A DNA stretch of 64,000 nt from a virus (lineage: Duplodnaviria > Caudoviricetes), in IMG/VR virus record IMGVR_UViG_3300020576_006930, positions 32,001 to 96,000 of that record; one strand, written 5' to 3'. This document shows positions 1-9,571 of this stretch, piece by piece. The first letter of the stretch is position 1. Each line of letters begins with the position of its first letter. The notes below the pieces were generated by a model that had not been told where the DNA came from, made no database searches, and worked only from the letters and a program-made list of their open reading frames with translations. A program made the position numbers and the translations under genes.

Positions 1-231
1 ACCTGGCGTGAGGATGGGATTAATGTCTCTTATGACTATGAAGCCGATGGTTTCGGTTTTATGGATGGTCCGGAAAAACGCTCGGAATACTTCCATTTGA
101 ACTACAAAGATGTTTTTGGCTGGGAAGTTGATTTCACCAAGGGCATTTCCGCCAAATGGGGCTTTGGTTATATTGACAACCTGATCAACAGCTTCCGCCC
201 ACAACCACCCGCAATAAATTTTGATATATGA
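1..231 (+). CDS. hypothetical protein, 3' part (runs in from window start)
   Basis: Frame 1 is open from base 1 to TGA at 229-231 and overlaps the next ATG (ATGA). Confidence 0.7.
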   Translation, partial: TWREDGINVSYDYEADGFGFMDGPEKRSEYFHLNYKDVFGWEVDFTKGISAKWGFGYIDNLINSFRPQPPAINFDI

Positions 232-440
232 TTGATTACCGCAAGAAATACAACTACCTGATTAAGGCCCTAAAAGCCTATAGGTTCGTGACTTACGGAC
301 AATTCGATCAGGAAGATCGACATGAAGTCGAAGAAACCCAGGACGGAGCAAGGGCAATTGAAGATTTGCTGGAGGTGGTTGAGAGCCAAGCTACTGAGAT
401 TGAAGCTCTTAGGCAACAGCTGATGGTATTGAGAGATTAA
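228..440 (+). CDS. hypothetical protein
   Basis: 70-aa ORF translationally coupled to the upstream ORF. Confidence 0.7.
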   Translation: MIDYRKKYNYLIKALKAYRFVTYGQFDQEDRHEVEETQDGARAIEDLLEVVESQATEIEALRQQLMVLRD

Positions 441-486
441 TTAAATAAAGCTTGACGGTATCCTAAAATCTGATAATATATAACCA

Positions 487-681
487 ATGAATAACAAAAT
501 CATTCGCACCGACGGCAACATCTACCGCATCATCCAGGTCCGCTTGGGTGGCAAACTTCTCACCAGTGTGGAATGTATCGCTGGCCCGGAGAAGGGTCAG
601 GAAATCCTCAATCTCAACGCCGCTCGTTCCCGCCGGGCGAAGATCATCAAAAACGCCATCAAATTGGGCTTGGTATCCTAA
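487..681 (+). CDS. small basic hypothetical protein
   Basis: 64-aa ORF just downstream of a TTGACG-N17-TGATAAT promoter (452-477). Confidence 0.65.
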   Translation: MNNKIIRTDGNIYRIIQVRLGGKLLTSVECIAGPEKGQEILNLNAARSRRAKIIKNAIKLGLVS

Positions 682-799
682 CTCTATGAATATGATTATC
701 GCAACTATTACTACTTGGCCTGAAGCCTTCGCATTCTCAGTCGGCGCCATTTGCGCCGCGGCAGTAATGATTATTTTTATCAAAGAATAAGACTAATTT

Positions 800-1012
800 A
801 TGACCATCGCAACTCTCATTGACCGTCTAAAAGACTATCCGGCCGACCAGGAAGTAATGCTTTTGGATGGTTTTAACGGCGGGGGCGAACCCCGTGAAAT
901 CAACGTCGGGCCTTATGCTCGGGTCATTACCAAGCAAAACGCTAACAACGGGGCTGATTGTGAAGATAAGGTCGGCCAAACCGTGGTGGTAATGGGCTTC
1001 GGTTGTTACTAA
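800..1012 (+). CDS. hypothetical phage protein
   Basis: The MTIATLIDRLKDYPADQEV N-terminus is typical of small phage proteins. Confidence 0.7.
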   Translation: MTIATLIDRLKDYPADQEVMLLDGFNGGGEPREINVGPYARVITKQNANNGADCEDKVGQTVVVMGFGCY

Positions 1013-1018
1013 TAAAAT

Positions 1019-1207
1019 ATGACCTTTGAAGAATACTGGGCTACCCAACGGGAAAGCAAAGTCAACCAACTCAACCCCAGCAGCCAAGCACAACACTTTA
1101 AAGAAGTTGCTGAAGCCGCATGGGTCGAGGCGATGAATGAAGGCTACAAGTGGGGTGTAAAAGACACGGAAGTAGGACAATACGACCGTGGCCATCTGAA
1201 TCCCTAA
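1019..1207 (+). CDS. hypothetical phage protein
   Basis: 62-aa ORF (MTFEEYW...AEAAW). Confidence 0.65.
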   Translation: MTFEEYWATQRESKVNQLNPSSQAQHFKEVAEAAWVEAMNEGYKWGVKDTEVGQYDRGHLNP

Positions 1208-1271
1208 CCTATTTAAAAAGCATATGAACGATCCTCCGGCCTAACGGTTAATTGTTAAATATTATATTGAA

Positions 1272-1312
1272 GCCCCTGCTCCGCCAGAACAAAAGCGGAC
1301 AGGGGCATTTGT
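1272..1312 (+). terminator. probable intrinsic terminator
   Basis: GCCCCTGCTCCGC/GCGGACAGGGGC hairpin followed by ATTTGTTT. Confidence 0.5.
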
Positions 1313-1526
1313 TTGCCCCTACGGCAGGGGAGCTTTGGTGAAGGGCTAAAGCTGCCCCCTATGGTGGGGAGCATAATGGGGTTTAAATGGGGGTAAAAAG
1401 GGGGGCCTCCACCCCCAGTACCGCCGTCCGAAATGGTCAGCTTCTGGTCATTAAATGGGGGGGTCCAAGGGGCTGCCCTAAGCTGCTTTTCTATCCGGGA
1501 GTATTTTTTGGGCCCAGTTCTTTAAT

Positions 1527-1625
1527 ATGTGTGTAAGTATAAGATGTGTGTAAGTATAAGATGTGTGTAAGTATAAGATGTGTGTAAGTATAAGATGTGT
1601 GTAAGTATAAGATGTGTGTAAGTAT
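1527..1625. repeat. 17-bp perfect tandem repeat ATGTGTGTAAGTATAAG x5.8
   Basis: Units start at 1527, 1544, 1561, 1578, 1595 and 1612 (partial). They are flanked by direct repeat GCCCAGTTCTTTAATA at 1512 and 1640. Confidence 0.95.
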
Positions 1626-1835
1626 CATCTTGCGCTTGAGCCCAGTTCTTTAATAATATGCGGTTTTGGATAGCCAGTTTTAGCCCAATTTTAGCTCACC
1701 TTGAAAAATCCGGGAAAAATTTTTGGGTCGGTTTGGAAACAAATCCATATCGTGTTTTGTTTCTAAAAATGGAGGTTTAGTCGGCCCAAGTGCTTGCGGT
1801 AGTGGTTATTGGGGTTATTTTAACGGTTTGGGGGG

Positions 1836-2483
1836 TCACCAGAGCAGGACATCGGACTCGTAGACATTAAGTTGGTGCCCAGGAGGGAGACGACCCAGGT
1901 GGTTCGGGTTTTTCTGCCAATTATGTAGGCCGGCGTTGAGGTGGACATCGGAGGTTATCAGTTGCGCATAGAGCCGTTTGGGGGTCAGGCCCTGGAGACA
2001 ATGGTAGGTCCAGTTGTAGCGGTAGGTACCGGTTAAAATTAGCCATAATTGGGGCCGGTCGCTTAAATAGGATAAGCGACTATCCCGCTCATACTGATTC
2101 TCTGCCTTAGCTTCCAGGAAGCGGGAAACATAAGAGGAACGGCCGGTTGGTTGATGTTTAAAATCTTGTTGAAAGACAATGGTATCATAGGCGGCGTAAT
2201 AGCTTTCCACCCCCTGGGAGACCGTATACTGGCTATGGGGTTTTAAATCCCCTGCCGCGGCGAAGGTTTCGTGGTGGATTTGCCCTTCAACCTCAAGCGG
2301 TAAATTTATGCGGAAGCCTGCGAAGCGGTCTAATTCCCTTTGGAGTTGGATGTGGAACACAGGACTATAAAAAATTCCGGTATGATACTTGCCCTGGCCG
2401 TCCTTTGTTATCTGGAGTTTTTGGGGAATATTTAAAACCAAATCCAAGGTGATCATAATAACTGGCCGCCGTTTTCCCACCAC
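1836..2483 (-). CDS. hypothetical protein
   Basis: ~210-aa ORF, last of three coupled minus-strand genes. The true start is possibly MITLDL. Confidence 0.7.
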   Translation of the reverse strand: MVGKRRPVIMITLDLVLNIPQKLQITKDGQGKYHTGIFYSPVFHIQLQRELDRFAGFRINLPLEVEGQIHHETFAAAGDLKPHSQYTVSQGVESYYAAYDTIVFQQDFKHQPTGRSSYVSRFLEAKAENQYERDSRLSYLSDRPQLWLILTGTYRYNWTYHCLQGLTPKRLYAQLITSDVHLNAGLHNWQKNPNHLGRLPPGHQLNVYESDVLLW

Positions 2484-3184
2484 TCAATGTGGTCCGGTTC
2501 AATTTTAACAATGGTATCCCGTTTAATACTGAGCTTGCCCTTGAGTTTTATCTCCAATGGTGATTGCTGCGGATCGGGATGTTGGTACATTTGTTTTAAT
2601 TGGTCTACCGTTTGGGCAATGGTGTTGTTTTTCTTGGCCCGCACTAGGAAGCGGGCCTGAAAAAATATGCGGTCGGGGGCGCAGAGTAAAAGCGGGCCAT
2701 TGCTCTGGCACGTCCAGAGCGTGACATATAGGGGGTCGGGCCGCCAGATTGCGGTGGTTAATAGGACATCCAGCGTCCCGAAAATATCATAGACACAATG
2801 GGTTAGTTCGGCATTTAATTGTTCCAGGGTCTGGTCGTAGACCAAGCGGGATAGTAAAAGGCCGTTCGGATAGCGTTGCGCAAAATCCGGAATGGCATCG
2901 GTGCTAAAATTAACGGGGAATTCGATGGTGTTTTCGGAGTTTACTCCGGTGAGGGTTGTCGTCTGGACGAGCGGGATGTACGGGGCATAGATAATTCCGC
3001 CGTTCAAGGTTCCGGTTGCGCATGGTTGATTAGGGACATTGGGGATATTGGGGAGGGTATGGGCCGTCCGGCCATTAATGGTGACGGATCGACACTGCCG
3101 GCCATTGGGGAGTTGGCTGAAATGGGTTTTTATGGTCGGGATTTTAGTTCCGCCGTAGAAACTACTGGAGGGTGGGGTAGGCAT
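2453..3184 (-). CDS. hypothetical protein
   Basis: 243-aa ORF coupled to its neighbours. Confidence 0.75.
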   Translation of the reverse strand: MPTPPSSSFYGGTKIPTIKTHFSQLPNGRQCRSVTINGRTAHTLPNIPNVPNQPCATGTLNGGIIYAPYIPLVQTTTLTGVNSENTIEFPVNFSTDAIPDFAQRYPNGLLLSRLVYDQTLEQLNAELTHCVYDIFGTLDVLLTTAIWRPDPLYVTLWTCQSNGPLLLCAPDRIFFQARFLVRAKKNNTIAQTVDQLKQMYQHPDPQQSPLEIKLKGKLSIKRDTIVKIEPDHIEWWENGGQLL

Positions 3185-3819
3185 TATTTTTTAAGTTCGT
3201 ATTTGCCGGCGACGACATCGATGCCTTCAAGTTGGACGGAGAATAAACTATCGGGATCATTTTTGGCCACCTTCATTGTCCCCCGGAAAACAAAATCGTA
3301 ATCTTCCAGGTCGACGGCTTTAGTTTGTGGTTTTTGTTGGAGGGTGCCGATGGGCAGAATGGCGATCTTTTCGGTTAGGACGCCGTTGCTTTCGATGGGG
3401 ACGCTATCCACGACGATATTTAAAAAGGTCAGAGTGACACCGGTTAATTCGGGTAGGTCAAGCCCACCATTCGTCCAATTTTTATTATTTAGCCACCACG
3501 CATGAATACCCTTCCCAATGATTTTGCCGTTGGCTAGGCTTTTGCGTTTATCGCAAAAAATGTCGGTGAAGCGATACATTTTCCACGGGATCTTTATGCG
3601 CCGGGTATAAGTGTTCGGAGTTTCATTTGTGATACTATCGCTATCCGCGAAAAGCGAGGAAGTACCCATCGTGTATGGCGCAAAGCCTCCGGAAATAGTA
3701 TTATAAGAACCGGTTATAATATAAGAGGATGACGCAGTTGCGATGGGACTGGTATTGCCAAACAAACCGGAAAAAGGATTTTTTTTGCTTGCCATAAAAT
3801 TGTGGTAATAGGTTATCAT
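3184..3819 (-). CDS. hypothetical protein
   Basis: 211-aa ORF. Confidence 0.75.
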   Translation of the reverse strand: MITYYHNFMASKKNPFSGLFGNTSPIATASSSYIITGSYNTISGGFAPYTMGTSSLFADSDSITNETPNTYTRRIKIPWKMYRFTDIFCDKRKSLANGKIIGKGIHAWWLNNKNWTNGGLDLPELTGVTLTFLNIVVDSVPIESNGVLTEKIAILPIGTLQQKPQTKAVDLEDYDFVFRGTMKVAKNDPDSLFSVQLEGIDVVAGKYELKK

Positions 3820-3888
3820 TTATCAATTTCACGCACAACATATTATATTTGATTGACAACGGAAAAATCTGTGATAAAATATGGTGGT

Positions 3889-4497
3889 ATGATTCAAAAA
3901 CCGGATGACATGGAGGACCTGTATCAGAGGATGGCAGAGATTCTTGAAGCACGCAAGGCTTCTAATTATATGAAAAATAATGGTATTCATATTGATTCCA
4001 TTGATAGATACAAATCGGAGTATGACATCAATGGCGATCTGAAAGACCTATACAATTCTTACTCTGATTATACAAAAAAGCTAAAAGAGAAAGTCGGACA
4101 TTTCTATCCTGTGACATTGCCTGTTTCCGTTACACGTCGTGCGATTCACGCCACGGAAGAAAAAATCGTGCGCGACGCAGTTAAGGTGTTTAATCAAACA
4201 ATTCCGACACCGGGGATAAACTTCGACCCCCGGGCGGTCTATTCTGCGAGCTCCATTTTGCGCCGGGCCACCTTTTGGGATTTGAATTGGAACTGGTTCG
4301 GTTCCAATACCTTCAATGTCACGGCACGTATAAGTAGTCCGGATGGCAAGGTCGAAGAAATCCCCGAAATTAAAGTGGCGGGGTCCCTAAAATTAAAAAA
4401 ATCCGCAGATCGTATCATTCAATGCGTTATTGAACGGGTTTATTTTCCAACGACAAGCCGGAACGGTTCTGAAATGACTTTACACGAAATTATATGA
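3889..4497 (+). CDS. hypothetical protein
   Basis: The TTG at 3853 is better read as the -35 box (TTGACA...TAAAAT), so the start is moved to ATG 3889. Confidence 0.75.
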   Translation: MIQKPDDMEDLYQRMAEILEARKASNYMKNNGIHIDSIDRYKSEYDINGDLKDLYNSYSDYTKKLKEKVGHFYPVTLPVSVTRRAIHATEEKIVRDAVKVFNQTIPTPGINFDPRAVYSASSILRRATFWDLNWNWFGSNTFNVTARISSPDGKVEEIPEIKVAGSLKLKKSADRIIQCVIERVYFPTTSRNGSEMTLHEII

Positions 4498-5093
4498 GCA
4501 AAACTGATAATAAACCTGATACGATGGTATTTGATAAATGGCGGAAGGCTTTGAAAAAGAAAGACGTGAAGTTGTTTAACGTACTGCCGCCGGTAACGAA
4601 GCCCGTATTTTCCTCTGATGTTTTTACTTTTTCGGAACCACCCATCAATAAAACCACCCACACGCATGTCCAGGAATGGTGGAAGATTAATTTTCCAAAA
4701 ATCGCGGAGGATTTAATTGAACCCGGAGAATTTCGGAAAAATGTCGGTCGCGCGGTATCATTGTTTATGCGGATTAATTTTCCGCTCGACATTAATCTGC
4801 CCGCCGGCGTGGTTTTCTCCGCATCAAGTATGTCCGTAAATGAGAGTGGTTATAATGTTTACCCCGTCGTCATGCTCCAGCCCACGATCACCGGCCCATA
4901 CGTCCGGGTCCAAGAATTTCTCAAACCATTTAAAACGTGGTCAGGCTTCGAACTTTATTGGAAGGGCTCATTTCTTAAAAATAAAACCACGGGAAAAATT
5001 TCCGGTATGCGTTTAACCGATTTGGCTTATAATATTCCCGATAAAATGGTTGGCGGCCAACCTGCTTCCTATACCGAGCATACTCTATTATGA
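4494..5093 (+). CDS. hypothetical protein
   Basis: 199 aa, ATGA overlap with the upstream gene. Confidence 0.75.
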   Translation: MSKTDNKPDTMVFDKWRKALKKKDVKLFNVLPPVTKPVFSSDVFTFSEPPINKTTHTHVQEWWKINFPKIAEDLIEPGEFRKNVGRAVSLFMRINFPLDINLPAGVVFSASSMSVNESGYNVYPVVMLQPTITGPYVRVQEFLKPFKTWSGFELYWKGSFLKNKTTGKISGMRLTDLAYNIPDKMVGGQPASYTEHTLL

Positions 5094-5578
5094 GTAACTC
5101 TCCGAAAAAATCACATTGGAACCCCACCTGGGAAACGAATTACCCACCTTATTCTTCTCAGGAATCCTACTCCAAATTCAAGGCCGCTCTGGAGGAACTT
5201 GTTTTACAATCTTGTTTGGAAACGTGTACATTACCCATCGGTTTTAAAAAGCCTATGATTTTATCGGCCAGTGAAGAGAAGGTCATCCGACGTTCTCTTG
5301 AGAAGATGTTGAAAAAAATTGATGCGAAAGATTTTAAACTTGCTCCGAATTTCAAATTGGTAAAAATAGAATATACGGCCGGAGAACAAAAAGATTTACC
5401 GTTTCCCCTAATGAAATTGACGATTGGTTATCCGAAGGGTTTTAAACCGGTCAGTGGATTTTATCTATCGGGTATTTTTCAAAAAGAGCGCGCCATGCGT
5501 GAAATTGTTAAAGCCAAGATTAATTATATTGTCTACACCCTTGAGAATGGCAATGAAGTAACTTTGCTGGAGTTATAA
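5090..5578 (+). CDS. hypothetical protein
   Basis: 162 aa, ATGA overlap with the upstream gene. Confidence 0.75.
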   Translation: MSNSPKKSHWNPTWETNYPPYSSQESYSKFKAALEELVLQSCLETCTLPIGFKKPMILSASEEKVIRRSLEKMLKKIDAKDFKLAPNFKLVKIEYTAGEQKDLPFPLMKLTIGYPKGFKPVSGFYLSGIFQKERAMREIVKAKINYIVYTLENGNEVTLLEL

Positions 5579-5653
5579 AAATATTTTCTAATTGACAATT
5601 TTACTCTGGTCAGCGATACTTATGTCAACACTGGTATCAGTGGTAATAAAATT

Positions 5654-6232
5654 ATGACTATGAATAAAATAACTAAATTGCTCGCCGGCGGCCTGTGTGC
5701 CCTGGCGCTTACAACCATTGCGGCCTCTGCGGCAACGGTAAATCTAACAACTCCCACCGTTACTCCCACTTCCTTTTATAATGCTAAGGAATTTGGTTTG
5801 ACCGTCGGATCAGGTTATACGCTTGGTGGCGCCGATACTATTGGTGCGGCTACTTTTCAACAACCCTACTCATTCAATTTGAATGCCGGGGCCTTTTACT
5901 TTCCGTGGCGCAATCTTGGTTTTGAAGCCAGTGTGCCTTTCTATCAAACCAAAGGCGTATCCGTCAGTGAAGTCCAAGCGGGCCTGCTTTTTCGTCTGCC
6001 GCTCGCTAAAGAAACCGCGATCTTGAAGGACCTGTCTCCCTATGTTGGAGCCGGGGGAGTTTATAATTGGAACTCGGCGCAAGAATGGGCTTATATCGGC
6101 AAAGTTGGATTGGAATTCCGGATTAATAAGAAATGGGGTACATTTGTCGAAGGACAGTACCGTAATTCTGAATTTAAGAACTGGGGTTCTGGCCAATGTT
6201 CGCTCGTCGGTGGTCTACATCTAGTATTCTAA
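5654..6232 (+). CDS. outer-membrane beta-barrel protein (8-stranded OmpA/OmpW-like)
   Basis: Signal peptide, amphipathic strands (SPYVGAGGVY, KVGLEFR, FVEGQY) and a C-terminal Phe BAM signal (GGLHLVF). Confidence 0.75.
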   Translation: MTMNKITKLLAGGLCALALTTIAASAATVNLTTPTVTPTSFYNAKEFGLTVGSGYTLGGADTIGAATFQQPYSFNLNAGAFYFPWRNLGFEASVPFYQTKGVSVSEVQAGLLFRLPLAKETAILKDLSPYVGAGGVYNWNSAQEWAYIGKVGLEFRINKKWGTFVEGQYRNSEFKNWGSGQCSLVGGLHLVF

Positions 6233-6275
6233 TTTGCTGAATAAGCAATGGTGGAAGGGCTAACCGCCCCCATAA

Positions 6276-6305
6276 AACCCCGCTCTTCGGAGTGGGGTTT
6301 TTTCT
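6276..6305 (+). terminator. intrinsic terminator
   Basis: AAACCCCGCTC-TTCG-GAGTGGGGTTT followed by a T tract. Confidence 0.85.
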
Positions 6306-6368
6306 TATGCGGTGAATATGCGGTGAATATGCGGTGAATAGTTAATGGGCAACATGCGTCTAATCTAT

Positions 6369-6584
6369 ATGAAACTGAAATATTTAATGGGCGGTTTAAG
6401 TTTGTTAATTTTAACGGGCTGCGCAACCGGTGGTTATGTTGCGCCCGTCGTTTATTATGACCCCTATCCCTATTGGATTGTTCCGCCGCCTGTGGTGGTT
6501 TATCGACCGTATTATCATCCACCCCATTATCGGCCTGGTCCAATTTTGCCTGCGCCCCGCGGCCGCCCGCCAATTCGGCATTGA
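6369..6584 (+). CDS. Pro/Tyr-rich lipoprotein
   Basis: Lipobox LILTGC after a basic/hydrophobic leader. Confidence 0.7.
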   Translation: MKLKYLMGGLSLLILTGCATGGYVAPVVYYDPYPYWIVPPPVVVYRPYYHPPHYRPGPILPAPRGRPPIRH

Positions 6585-6608
6585 CATTCTCAATTTTTCC
6601 TGTATACT
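6581..6608 (+). promoter_or_regulatory. sigma70-type promoter of tmRNA
   Basis: TTGACA...TATACT. Confidence 0.7.
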
Positions 6609-6623
6609 TATTACTTAACGGTT

Positions 6624-7026
6624 GGGGCTGTAATGGTTTCGACCAAGTTCTTTGAGTGTTAGGAGCATGTAGAGGATGATTACTTGGCCTCTTAAAAAAT
6701 GTAATTGAAAAATCAAATGCCAAATCTCTAAACAGACTGGCCAACCTTGGATTCGCATTCAATCTGAATGCGACTGAAGTTGCTGTAGCGGCCTAATTCG
6801 GCCGTTCCGTGTTGGGTGATAATTCTCACTAATTATCCAATGCGCAATTTAGTGAGACGACTGGATGTGGTTGTAATACATTCCTGATAGGCGCCTCTGA
6901 TAGGCGCATATATTCTTCAACGACTTGTTGATTCATCCGGAGAATGAAATTCTGAATTAACTAAACATGTAGGGCTTGATACACTAAAAATTTGGCACCC
7001 GGGTTCGACTCCCGGCAGCTCCACCA
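6624..7026 (+). ncRNA. ssrA: tmRNA
   Basis: 5' GGGGCTGTAATGGTTTCGAC; 3' T-arm GGGTTCGACTCCC followed by CAGCTCCACCA (G3:U70). Tag frame 6719-6796 reads AKSLNRLANLGFAFNLNATEVAVAA*. Confidence 0.95.
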
Positions 7027-7028
7027 CT

Positions 7029-7211
7029 TCAATCTTTGTAAGCCCCCTTCAAATATCTTTCCCAAACCGTGCGTATTTCTTGGGCTTGTTTATTGATTAT
7101 CACGCCCGATGCGGATAACTTACCATTTTCTGATTTACACCAATCAAATGATTCGTTGAGAATTTCTTTTAAGGCCTCATCAATAATTTCAAGAGCTTGT
7201 TTCTTATTCAT
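7029..7211 (-). CDS. small hypothetical protein
   Basis: 60-aa ORF ending next to the tmRNA 3' end. Confidence 0.55.
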   Translation of the reverse strand: MNKKQALEIIDEALKEILNESFDWCKSENGKLSASGVIINKQAQEIRTVWERYLKGAYKD

Positions 7212-7265
7212 TCCTGTAAATATTACTCACCAATGTCTTTTGTTTATATTTATTTGTGGATCATT

Positions 7266-7682
7266 ATGATTAAACTTACTGAAATATGCGAATCGTTGGG
7301 AGCGGACCGGCTGGTTGCGTTGGATAAAGAATTTGCCGCCAAACCAAAAATTCCGGATTTGACCCCGGCGGAAATTCAACAAACGGTTCAACAATTTAAA
7401 ATTTTGCCAAGTGAGAAACGCCGGCAAATTGTTCGGGCTATTCAACGACCGTGTGCGTATTGTGAAAAGGAATTTAAACTGCCAACGACCGGAAAATCGC
7501 ATGGTATTTGTTTACGGCATTTTGAAGAACAATTTAAAGCTATGGGTATGAAAGCGCCAACAAAAAACGTAAAAGACGCTTCCGCTGATCTTAAAGAATT
7601 GTCTGATGCGGAAAGAAAACTGGTAGTAAATCTCTTCGCCATCTCCCGCAAACGAAAACAAAATCCGTCACCTGCGAAATAA
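7266..7682 (+). CDS. hypothetical protein with CxxC/CxxH zinc site
   Basis: MIKLTEI start after TATTTAT; CAYC...HGICLRH. Confidence 0.7.
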   Translation: MIKLTEICESLGADRLVALDKEFAAKPKIPDLTPAEIQQTVQQFKILPSEKRRQIVRAIQRPCAYCEKEFKLPTTGKSHGICLRHFEEQFKAMGMKAPTKNVKDASADLKELSDAERKLVVNLFAISRKRKQNPSPAK

Positions 7683-7774
7683 CCAATTTCTATTTTGTTG
7701 GTAATGAATAGGTTATAACTAAAATGAAAAAAGGCTTGACCTTTTCCAAAAGTATGAGATAATTATTCCCGTAA

Positions 7775-8720
7775 TCAAGATAGTGAATTGATTATTTGAG
7801 GAACGCATCTTCAAAAAAAGAATTTTAGTTTTTGATCTTTGTAGCATAGAATTTACGGGGGGTATGGCCTCCATTATCATCCGCAAGGGTGGTATAAAGA
7901 TAAACCGTGGCGACACGGCCAAAGGGACACTCCCTAACGGGTGCCCACCAATTCGCAAGGATTGGACAACTATACAACTAACAAGGTCTTTAAACATCGC
8001 CCAAAAGGTTGGTGTTATGTCTGAAGTTGGGGAGAAAAATGCTGGCCCAGGGTAACTCCGCAAGCTGGCTACTAACGACGCCGACGAGCTCTATCTCCCG
8101 CTAAGCGCAACAATTAAGAATGAGACTTCAAGTTAAACATCAATGGTATGACCCGCAAGGAAACGCTTTGATGTAGTTTGAGAGAAACCGGGCACGGCTT
8201 ATACTGAGCACGGAATCTTGAAAGACGGAACGAGTACCGCAAGGAAAGGTCAGGACTGGTGTTGGATTTTGTAGACCGAAAGGCTTACGAAACAACAAGC
8301 ACCGCACCAGTTTGTTAGGTTCGAAAATAGCTCAAAAGTAGAGCAATTGTCTTTAGAACAATAGGTTGTGGTGTCAAAGCCACTTTCATTAAAAGCAAAG
8401 CCGGTGCTAATTATACTTGAAAAGGTATTAATACAGAGGCTCGCAAGAGTAACTTTGTCAATCGTAGCCCGCAAGGCGAAAGTTGTTCGTGTAGAAGTGA
8501 ACGGTGTGGTTAGCGCCACTTGTTGCTCGCAAGGTAAACGTTTGAAGAAACGCGGAATAAGGTATAGTTATGATGGAAAGGCCACCATCTAAAAATAGGC
8601 ATACCTATCAGATTCATCTTACGAGCCCCGTGTTCGGAGAATGAGGATGAAGAGGAAGGCGATCTCGCAAGGTCGTGATAATCTCTGACGGCTGATACGC
8701 AACGGTGTAATCTCAACCGA
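7775..8720 (+). ncRNA. giant ornate ncRNA, GOLLD-like (~950 nt)
   Basis: No credible ORF. It has its own promoter (TTGACC...GATAAT 7736-7763), ~9 CGCAAG-capped hairpins and a 3' end CGGTGTAATCTCAACCG, in a phage tRNA-island context. Family assignment is by resemblance only. Confidence 0.65.
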
Positions 8721-8869
8721 AGCACCTTCAATTTCCTGTAAAGAAGACATTTGGAACTTTTAGTGAAATCCTTTACTTGACATTGAAATTTTCCTACCAA
8801 ATTTAGTTTTTGTGTTTTTGAACATATACTTATCATTATAAATGGTATTATATGGTGGAGGTTCAAATT

Positions 8870-9520
8870 ATGTATTGTGAATTATGTAAAAAAACACACG
8901 ACGGAAATTATGGAAGTGGAAGGTTCTGCTCACCTCAATGTTCTAGGTCGTTTTCAACCAGATATAAACGGGATGAAATTAATAAAAAAACATCAGCTAC
9001 TTTATGTCAAAAATTCGCGTGTGGAGAAATTAAACCAACGGTCGGTGGATTTAAAAAAGGATTCGACGTACGCCGTCATAAATTTTCTAAAGAAGACAAA
9101 CAAAAAAAATTACACGCTTTAAAGGAATATTATAGAAATAAAGAGTTGTCGACTCCGTTTGAATCAATGGGAATCGGAAAAAAAAGAAAATTGATTATCG
9201 TTTCACAGAACGGAAAATGTGATATGTGTGGAATTTCAAAATGGAATAACAAATGCCTAACTCTTCAGTTGGATCATATAGATGGAAATAGAAATAATAA
9301 TATACGGAAAAATTTAAGAGCATTATGCCCAAATTGTCATTCTCAGACAGATACATATTGTTCAAAAAACAAAGCGCGTTTCACTAGAAAGATATCAGAT
9401 GAACAATTGATTGGAGCATTGAAACAATCAAACGGAAATATTCACAAATCACTGAATTTGGTTGGCTTAAACAAGCGAGGGCATTACAGAGCAAAAAAAC
9501 TTTTAGATAAAATAAATTGA
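8870..9520 (+). CDS. HNH homing endonuclease
   Basis: LQLDHIDGNRNNNIRKNLRALCPNCH; N-terminal FCSPQC zinc finger. Confidence 0.9.
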   Translation: MYCELCKKTHDGNYGSGRFCSPQCSRSFSTRYKRDEINKKTSATLCQKFACGEIKPTVGGFKKGFDVRRHKFSKEDKQKKLHALKEYYRNKELSTPFESMGIGKKRKLIIVSQNGKCDMCGISKWNNKCLTLQLDHIDGNRNNNIRKNLRALCPNCHSQTDTYCSKNKARFTRKISDEQLIGALKQSNGNIHKSLNLVGLNKRGHYRAKKLLDKIN

Positions 9521-9571
9521 ATTTTTTGTATCGGTGATGTACTATTCCTGAAATCAGATATCTTTATACAT

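Noticed and set aside
463-1195. Minus-strand ORFs 463-783 and 827-1195
   Set aside because: They are shadows of better-supported, promoter-led plus-strand genes.
1527-1625. CRISPR array
   Set aside because: The repeats are contiguous with no spacers, and no cas genes are present.
6307-6340. 11-bp repeat TATGCGGTGAA x3 as a functional element
   Set aside because: It is real but short, and nothing distinguishes it from slippage.
7719-8866. ORFs 7719-8063, 7864-8055, 8250-8519, 8368-8592 and 8510-8866
   Set aside because: They are not protein-like and overlap the hairpin-rich giant RNA.
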